DNA from: Parcubacteria group bacterium
Lineage (GTDB): Bacteria; Patescibacteriota; Minisyncoccia; UBA6257; Colwellbacteraceae
Length of the DNA: 64,000 nucleotides
Assembly: GCA_041649615.1 (NCBI GenBank)
Contig: JBAZMT010000004.1
Coordinates: 691 to 64,690, forward strand
Reading direction: 5' to 3'
Both the position numbers and the translations under genes were made by a program. Shown here one piece after another: positions 57,985 through 64,000 of this stretch (positions within the stretch are counted from its first letter, which is position 1; each line of letters starts with the position of its first letter). The notes beneath the pieces were generated by a model that was not told the origin of the DNA, did no database searches, and was given only the letters and a program-made list of their open reading frames with translations.

Positions 57985-59526
57985 CTAACGGGGTAAACCG
58001 GAGCGCAATCTGTATTGAAAAGCTTCGGCTACGTGTTCGGGCCTAACGATTTCCGAGAGATCAAGGTCGGCGATGGTTCGGGAGACTTTAAGGAGCCGAT
58101 AATAGCCTCTAGAAGACAATCGCGCGGATTCAAACATTTTTTTGATGAATTCCTCCGCTTCTTTGGAAAGGGTTATGGTCTCATCGCACTGTTTTGAAGA
58201 AAGGAAAGCGTTCCCGTCCGCTTTTACGCCGAATTTTTTTAGTCTTTCTTCTCTGAAGTTGCCGGATGCGGAAACTTTTTCCCGATAATCTTTGGCGGAC
58301 GAAATCGATTTGCCTTTCAATTCTTCGTATTTAATCCGGGGAACGTTTATCTGGATGTCTATTCTATCAAGCAAGGGTCCCGAAACTTTTTTCTGATAGC
58401 GAATAATATCGTAAACGCCGCAACGACATTCAACGTCTTCATCGCCGTAATAACCGCAAGGACAGGGATTCATGGCGGAGATGAATTGGAATCTTGCGGG
58501 GAAATAAGCGCTTGCTTTGGCGCGAGAAACCGATACTTCGCCGGACTCCATCGGTTGCCGCAAAGCTTCAAGAACGTCGCGGTGAAATTCGGGCAGTTCG
58601 TCAAAGAAGAGGACTCCGTTGTGAGCGAGACTTATTTCTCCCGGACGGGGATTTGAACCGCCTCCGATAATGGAAGAAGCGGACGAAGAATGATGCGGAT
58701 TTCTGAAAGGCCGCGAAATGATGAAAGGCGTTTCGGCGGATAAGAGACCGGCGGCGCTCCAATTTTTGGAAGTTTCTATGGCGTATTCCAAATTCAGCGG
58801 AGGCAGAATGGAGTTAATGGCTCTCGCAAGCATCGTTTTTCCCGAGCCGGGAGGTCCCACCATCAACATGTTGTGTCGTCCGGCGGCGGCAACGAGAAGA
58901 GCGCGCTTTGCCAACTCATGGCCTTTGATGTCCGATATGGAAACGAAATCGGATGAAGACTCGGGGAAACTGCTTTTCTCGGCTGGAGCAATAATAATAG
59001 AACCTTCAACGTGTCTTACGGCTTCAAGCAAATCTCTTACAGGAATGACGTTGATTTCCGGGACAAGCGCCGCTTCTTTAGCGTTTTCTTTCGGCAGAAT
59101 TATTTCTTTGAATCCCAACTCTTTCGCGAGACAAGCGATATTCAAGGCTCCTCTTATTCCGCGAAGACTTCCGTCAAGAGAAAGTTCGCCGACTATGATT
59201 CGGTTGCTGAAATCGGCTTCTTTGATTTCACCGGTAGCGGCGGCATAACCCAAAGCGATACCCAAGGCGTATTGCGAGCCGGTTTTATGAATAGCCGCCG
59301 GAGCGAGATTTACCGTGATGCGGCGGTTTTCACGATTCGGCGGTTTAAAACCCGAATTTTTCAAGGCGGCATTTACCCGCTCTTTGGCTTCGGAAAGAGC
59401 CTTATCGGCCAATCCGACAATCGTAAAATCGTGCAGACCGACATTCAAGTCCACTTCAATAGTGATAAGTTTGGCCGTAATTCCTAAAAGCTCGGCGGAA
59501 AAGAGCCTTGAGATACTACGGGGCAT
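57985..59526 (-). CDS. comM: YifB/ComM Mg-chelatase-like AAA+ ATPase
   Basis: TVNLAPA, GPPGSGKT, PGEISLAHNGVLFFDE, MNPCPCG, SGPLLDRID. Confidence 0.93.
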   Translation of the reverse strand: MPRSISRLFSAELLGITAKLITIEVDLNVGLHDFTIVGLADKALSEAKERVNAALKNSGFKPPNRENRRITVNLAPAAIHKTGSQYALGIALGYAAATGEIKEADFSNRIIVGELSLDGSLRGIRGALNIACLAKELGFKEIILPKENAKEAALVPEINVIPVRDLLEAVRHVEGSIIIAPAEKSSFPESSSDFVSISDIKGHELAKRALLVAAAGRHNMLMVGPPGSGKTMLARAINSILPPLNLEYAIETSKNWSAAGLLSAETPFIISRPFRNPHHSSSASSIIGGGSNPRPGEISLAHNGVLFFDELPEFHRDVLEALRQPMESGEVSVSRAKASAYFPARFQFISAMNPCPCGYYGDEDVECRCGVYDIIRYQKKVSGPLLDRIDIQINVPRIKYEELKGKSISSAKDYREKVSASGNFREERLKKFGVKADGNAFLSSKQCDETITLSKEAEEFIKKMFESARLSSRGYYRLLKVSRTIADLDLSEIVRPEHVAEAFQYRLRSGLPR

Positions 59527-59530
59527 TACG

Positions 59531-59863
59531 TCACGACTTAATCTTATGAACCTTGCAAAGGGAAGATTCGGGAACGATGTCTAAAATTTCTTTTTCAATC
59601 TCTTTGCCGCAAACCTCGCATAAGCCGTACGTGCCCGATTGGATTTTGTTTAAAGCCCGGCGGACGTCTTCAAGGCGAGACCTAATTTCGTCTCTGATTC
59701 CCGTCTGTTCATCTGCGGCAACCGATTCGTCTGCTTCATCTTCTTCCTGATCAACTTGATCGCCAAAGTCCAGTCTTTCGGGTATCTCTTTTAAATCGTT
59801 TTCAAGCCTCTTTTCCAGGGATTCCAGTGAATCCTTATATTTTTCCAGTTCTTCGCTCGTCAT
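59531..59863 (-). CDS. DksA/TraR family zinc-finger protein
   Basis: Coiled coil with DEAD tip, ALNKIQSGTYGLCEVCG..CKVH. Confidence 0.88.
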   Translation of the reverse strand: MTSEELEKYKDSLESLEKRLENDLKEIPERLDFGDQVDQEEDEADESVAADEQTGIRDEIRSRLEDVRRALNKIQSGTYGLCEVCGKEIEKEILDIVPESSLCKVHKIKS

Positions 59864-59890
59864 TGTACAATTCTAACATAACCTTAGAGT

Positions 59891-60448
59891 ATGATATACG
59901 CGCTTCATGGCATAACGGAAGAAATACACGTGAACTTTGCGGTTTTGGCGGTTTCCGGGGGAGAATCGTATAAGGTTTTCATGCCTCAAGGAGATTTGGG
60001 AGCGCTCCAGAAGGGCAAAGAGATAAAATTATTTACTTGTCTTTATTCAAGGGAAGACGGGATGGATTTATACGGTTTTTTATCGGAGGAAGAAAGGGAT
60101 TTATTTGAAACGTTAAACACCGTTTCGGGAGTGGGCCCAAAAGCCGCGATCGGTATTTTAGGTTTAGGACCGACGGACCAAATAAAAGCGGCGATAAGAG
60201 AAGGCAAAACGGAGACGCTCACGAAGTCGTTTGGCATCGGAAAGAAAACGGCGGAGAGAATTGTCGTAGAATTGAGAGATAAAATAAAAGGAGGAGGGGA
60301 CGCTCCCGAATGGGACGAGGACGTTTACGACGCGCTCATTAAACTCGGTTACAGACGGGATGCCGCGAAGGAAGCGGTAAGGAAGGTAAATAAGGAGACG
60401 AAGGATATAAACGAAAGACTAAAAGAAGCGTTGAAATACATTAAATGA
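59891..60448 (+). CDS. ruvA: Holliday junction DNA-binding protein RuvA
   Basis: REDGMDLYGF, VSGVGPK, GIGKKTAERIVVELRDK, ALIKLGY. Confidence 0.95.
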   Translation: MIYALHGITEEIHVNFAVLAVSGGESYKVFMPQGDLGALQKGKEIKLFTCLYSREDGMDLYGFLSEEERDLFETLNTVSGVGPKAAIGILGLGPTDQIKAAIREGKTETLTKSFGIGKKTAERIVVELRDKIKGGGDAPEWDEDVYDALIKLGYRRDAAKEAVRKVNKETKDINERLKEALKYIK

Positions 60449-60452
60449 GTCT

Positions 60453-60540
60453 AAAACAAATAAAATACGCATACGGGATACCGCTCCGAGGCCGCTTGGG
60501 CCGGTCTTTAATATCCCTTAATGCGTATTTTATTTGTTTT
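60453..60540 (+). repeat. 88-bp element with 20-bp perfect terminal inverted repeats
   Basis: AAAACAAATAAAATACGCAT (60453-60472) pairs with ATGCGTATTTTATTTGTTTT (60521-60540); nested inner stems. Confidence 0.85.
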
Positions 60541-60550
60541 TAAACATAAA

Positions 60551-61717
60551 ATGATTAAGAAACTTAAGAATATATACCATTATATCCTCGCTTGGGCGGG
60601 GAAGGTTGTGTTTAGGAATCCGTCTCGGAAACTTGTGGTGATAGGCGTAACCGGGACGAAAGGAAAAACCGTAACGGTAGAACTTATCGCGACCGCATTA
60701 AACGCGTGCGGACAAAAGGCGGCCATAATTTCTTCGGCGCACATTGTCGTGGGAGACAAAGAAAGACCGAACACGACCGAGAATACCATGATCGGCCGAG
60801 GCAGAGTTCAGAGAATACTCGCGGAGGCCGTAAAAAAAGGATGCGGATTCGCGGTCATTGAAGTTACTTCCCAGGGCGTCATCCAGCACAGGCATAAATT
60901 CATTGAATGGGACGCGGCAGTTCTCACCAATCTATATCCCGAACACATTGAATCTCACGGGGGCTTTGAGAAATACAGGGAAGCGAAGCTTGATTTTTTC
61001 CGGTACGTTGCCAATTCGCCGAAGAACGGAAGAATATTCTTTATCAATAAAGAAGACGAGAACGCGGAATATTTCGTGAAGGCCGCGGGCGACAATAAAA
61101 TAATATTTTTCGGCGGAACTTTTCTTAAAGCCGATTATGAAGCGGCGGTGGAGGTCGCAGATCATTTTGGATGTGACAGAAAAATGGTGGAAAAAGAACT
61201 CGCCGATTTTAGAGGCGTGCCCGGAAGGATGGAAACGGTCGTTAAAGAACCTTCCAGGGTAATCGTGGACTATGCGCATACGCCCGACTCGCTTGAACAA
61301 GTTTATAAATGGGCGGCGTTGCCTCAGAAAATCGGCCAAGACGGGCGCAAATTAATTTGCGTTTTGGGTTCGGCCGGAGGAGGAAGAGATAAATGGAAGA
61401 GACCGAAGATGGGGGAAATAGCGGCAAAATATTGCGACGAAATAATCCTTACAAACGAAGATCCTTATAACGAAAATCCGATGGGTATATTGGAAGAGAT
61501 TAATAGAGGCGTTCTAGGCGCGGGGAAAGAGGCGATTAAAATATTGGATCGGCAAGAAGCGATAGATAAGGCGGTTTCCGAAGCGAAAGAAGGAGACACG
61601 GTAATCCTTACCGGAAAAGGGAGCGAAAGGTACATCCATCTTGCGAGAGGAAAAAAATTGCTCTGGTCTGAAAAAGAAGCGGTTATGCGGGCGATCAAAG
61701 ATAAAAACAAAATGTAG
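60551..61717 (+). CDS. murE: MurE-like Mur ligase
   Basis: GVTGTKGKT, EVTSQG, EHIESHG, PGRME, VDYAHTPDS, GGRDKWKRPKMG, GKGSE; start probably MIKK at 60551. Confidence 0.85.
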   Translation: MIKKLKNIYHYILAWAGKVVFRNPSRKLVVIGVTGTKGKTVTVELIATALNACGQKAAIISSAHIVVGDKERPNTTENTMIGRGRVQRILAEAVKKGCGFAVIEVTSQGVIQHRHKFIEWDAAVLTNLYPEHIESHGGFEKYREAKLDFFRYVANSPKNGRIFFINKEDENAEYFVKAAGDNKIIFFGGTFLKADYEAAVEVADHFGCDRKMVEKELADFRGVPGRMETVVKEPSRVIVDYAHTPDSLEQVYKWAALPQKIGQDGRKLICVLGSAGGGRDKWKRPKMGEIAAKYCDEIILTNEDPYNENPMGILEEINRGVLGAGKEAIKILDRQEAIDKAVSEAKEGDTVILTGKGSERYIHLARGKKLLWSEKEAVMRAIKDKNKM

Positions 61718-61735
61718 AAATAAAAACCCCTTTCA

Positions 61736-62068
61736 TCAAGAAAGGGGTATATCGGAAAGTCGGTGAATTTTAATGACAGTCGGTTTCTTGATGTCCGGGT
61801 AATTCTTCCCGGTATCAATGATCACCGCATCGTTTCTTATCGGACTGAGCTCGCATCCTTTTGGCAGGCCAAGGAATTCGCTTGCCGTTATCGTCATCAG
61901 TTTTTTCGCTTGCTTTTTGGTATAAGCGGCAATCTTTGCCACTATGGTTTCGGTTCCGGTGGCGAATTCACAACTAAATATATAGAGCGGCTTTTTCCTT
62001 TGCTTTGCTTTGCCGGGGACCTTATTGAAAAAGTCCAGTTGTTCTTCCTGCGCAGCTCGACCAGTCAT
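61736..62068 (-). CDS. Orphan hypothetical protein
   Basis: AAGGAGGT SD, upstream TTGACA, hairpin overlapping the stop. Confidence 0.6.
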   Translation of the reverse strand: MTGRAAQEEQLDFFNKVPGKAKQRKKPLYIFSCEFATGTETIVAKIAAYTKKQAKKLMTITASEFLGLPKGCELSPIRNDAVIIDTGKNYPDIKKPTVIKIHRLSDIPLS

Positions 62069-62166
62069 CAAAACTACCTCCTTTTTAAACTTCAGTCTTC
62101 ATTCTGTCACAAAAAATACTTTTTGTCAATAAATATTTTCTTTTCTTGCTATAATGAATAAAAACC

Positions 62167-62373
62167 ATGTTAAAAGATCACAATCACGATTTGGTGCAGC
62201 AGTTGTCCGAAATATCGGACAGTTTGTGGAGGATGAAGCAATATAAAGAAAACGCCGGAGGGTGCGAGTCGTGCAAGCTCATGTGGGAGAAAATGCAGGG
62301 AGACTACGAAAATCACGTGGATATGCTTAAAGGGGAAATTGCGAGACACGTGGGAGAGAATAGGTTTGATTAG
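62167..62373 (+). CDS. Small helical ferritin-like protein with CxxC
   Basis: HNHDLVQQLSE..LWR..Y..A.GCESC..W......ENHVDMLK; TATAAT upstream and terminator at about 62381-62415. Confidence 0.7.
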   Translation: MLKDHNHDLVQQLSEISDSLWRMKQYKENAGGCESCKLMWEKMQGDYENHVDMLKGEIARHVGENRFD

Positions 62374-62430
62374 TAACTGGCAAAAGACCCTTCGTGAAGA
62401 TTACGGGGTCTTTTTGTTATCATTGGGGTA

Positions 62431-63858
62431 ATGAAACTGTATTTCTACGGAGGAGCGAAAGCGGTAACGGGCGCGAATTATTTATTGCTGGGTGAGCCGA
62501 ACGCGAAGGGGGAGACGACTAAAATTTTAATTGACTGCGGATTGACGCAAGGGACCAGAAAAGAAGAGGAAAAAAACTATGATCCGTTTCCTTACGATCC
62601 AAAAGAGATTGACGCGCTTTTCATCACTCACGCGCACGTAGACCATACGGGCAGAATTCCTTATCTATACAAACTCGGATTCAGAGGGGCTATTTATTCA
62701 ACGGCGCCGACAAAAGACTTTGCGGAAGAACTTTTAATAGATTCGCAGGGACTCATTGAAAAGGAAGCGAAGGAAGACAAACACGAACCGCTTTACACGT
62801 TAAAGGACGTAACGGATTCGTTGAACATCTGGAAGAGAGTTCGATATCACGAGCCCGTTAGGGTTAAAGAATTTGACGCGGAGTTTTACGATGCCGGGCA
62901 TATTTTGGGATCGTCTTTCATTCGGGTTACGGAGAACCCGCCCGTTTATAAAACGGGCGAGGCGGGTCCCGCTGACAAAAAAGTCAGTAAGAAAACAATT
63001 GTTTTTTCGGGAGACATAGGGAACGTCAAAACGCCGCTCGTGAAAGATACGGAACCGTTGCCCGAAGGGACCGATTACGTCGTAATGGAAGCTCTTTACG
63101 GGGATAAGATTCATGAGCATACGGAAGACAGAAAGAACGTTTTGGAAGACACGATCGAGGAAGCGGTGACGGCGGGAGGAACGCTCATGATACCGGCTTT
63201 CGCGATGGAGAGGACGCAGGAACTCTTGTACGAAATAAACGAACTTCGTGAGAACATGCGAATTCCCAAAACGCCGGTATTTATAGACAGTCCTTTGGCC
63301 ATAAAACTTCTCGCCATATATAAAAAATACTCGGACGATCCGGAATATTTTGACAGCGAGGCCATAGATCTTTTTAAACGGGGAGACGAGATATTCAATT
63401 TTCCCGGACTGAAATTTACGCTGACAACCGAGCAGTCAAAAGAGATAAACGACGTTTCTCCGCCGAAAATAATAATCGCCGGTTCGGGAATGAGCGAAGG
63501 AGGGAGAATGATACATCACGAATATCGGTATTTGGGCGATCAAAAGAGCACAATATTATTTATAAGTTATCAGGCGCCTGGTTCGCTCGGACGAAAAGTT
63601 CTTGAAGGAGAAAAGCTGGTTAAGATATTCGGGGAAGAAATAGTGGTGCGTTGCAGAATACGGCAGATTGGCGGATATTCCGCTCACGGGGATCAAAAAA
63701 AGTTGCTCGGCTGGTTGAAGCCGGTCAAAGCATCGGTTAGGAAACTGTGTCTCGTACAGAGCGAGGACAATGCCGCAACCGTATTTTCGGGGAAAGTGAG
63801 GGACGAACTTGCCATAGATACTATCATTCCCGAGCCGGGAACGGCCATAGATTTTTAG
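62431..63858 (+). CDS. MBL-fold beta-CASP ribonuclease
   Basis: IDCG, THAHVDHTG, AGHILGS, FSGDIG, PAFAMERTQE, AGSGM, YSAHGD. Confidence 0.93.
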   Translation: MKLYFYGGAKAVTGANYLLLGEPNAKGETTKILIDCGLTQGTRKEEEKNYDPFPYDPKEIDALFITHAHVDHTGRIPYLYKLGFRGAIYSTAPTKDFAEELLIDSQGLIEKEAKEDKHEPLYTLKDVTDSLNIWKRVRYHEPVRVKEFDAEFYDAGHILGSSFIRVTENPPVYKTGEAGPADKKVSKKTIVFSGDIGNVKTPLVKDTEPLPEGTDYVVMEALYGDKIHEHTEDRKNVLEDTIEEAVTAGGTLMIPAFAMERTQELLYEINELRENMRIPKTPVFIDSPLAIKLLAIYKKYSDDPEYFDSEAIDLFKRGDEIFNFPGLKFTLTTEQSKEINDVSPPKIIIAGSGMSEGGRMIHHEYRYLGDQKSTILFISYQAPGSLGRKVLEGEKLVKIFGEEIVVRCRIRQIGGYSAHGDQKKLLGWLKPVKASVRKLCLVQSEDNAATVFSGKVRDELAIDTIIPEPGTAIDF

Positions 63859-63888
63859 TGGTATAATTTGGTGAACAAGAAAATTCAC

Positions 63889-64000
63889 ATGCAAGATTTT
63901 TATTTAAAATACAAAATATGCGTTTCGGGGGCGGCCGAGACCAGCCATTGCGGGGACGAGGCATTTGCAGTCGCCGAAGAGTTGGGGAAAGAAATAATCA
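63889..64000 (+). CDS. LOG/SLOG-family protein, N-terminal fragment running off the window
   Basis: Translated by hand: MQDFYLKYKICVSGAAETSHCGDEAFAVAEELGKEII; in-frame GTG at 63871 is an alternative start. Confidence 0.7.
   Translation, partial: MQDFYLKYKICVSGAAETSHCGDEAFAVAEELGKEII

Noticed and set aside
60521-60550. murE start at ATG 60521
   Set aside because: That ATG lies within the right arm of the 20-bp inverted repeat; ATG 60551 is more plausible.
1-64000. Alternative genetic code (UGA read as Gly, as in Gracilibacteria)
   Set aside because: Conserved genes translate full-length in code 11, and TGA ends genes such as xer, ruvA and dnaA at the expected positions.
1-64000. Diversity-generating retroelement or retron behind pilin variation
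   Set aside because: No reverse transcriptase is present, and I saw no template/variable repeat pair differing at adenines.

Overview
This 64-kb window is the origin-of-replication region of a small-genome bacterium. Gene content and organisation point to Patescibacteria/CPR, probably Parcubacteria-like (inferred, no rRNA present), using standard code 11. It carries dnaA-dnaN and rpmH-rnpA-yidC-jag around a likely bipartite oriC, plus many housekeeping genes: clpB, clpP, tyrS, nusA, pnp, rpsO, rpsA, rpsT, gyrA, ftsH, ruvA/B/C, mutM, tsaE, rsmA, comM, a Mur ligase, a class A PBP and a Xer recombinase. It also has three tRNAs (Leu-UAG, Ile-UAU, Val-UAC), a Doc-type toxin-antitoxin pair, a frameshifted surface protein, five VirB2/TrbC-like pilins and a VirB4/PrgI/VirB6-like cluster. 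The most interesting signals are mostly non-coding: (1) a 42-bp-phased array of parS-like 16-bp palindromes upstream of yraN; (2) GGCC-motif islands in a wHTH gene, yraN, ruvB and dnaA; (3) a terminator/antiterminator leader on the surface-protein gene; (4) a promoter-driven rod-shaped ncRNA candidate next to ruvB; (5) a 0.9-kb island bounded by a duplicated gyrA 3' end; (6) pilin-effector fusions sharing an identical 41-bp block; (7) widespread leaderless starts on core genes versus Shine-Dalgarno-led orphan cassettes. All calls come from reading the sequence by eye; no searches or folding programs were run.
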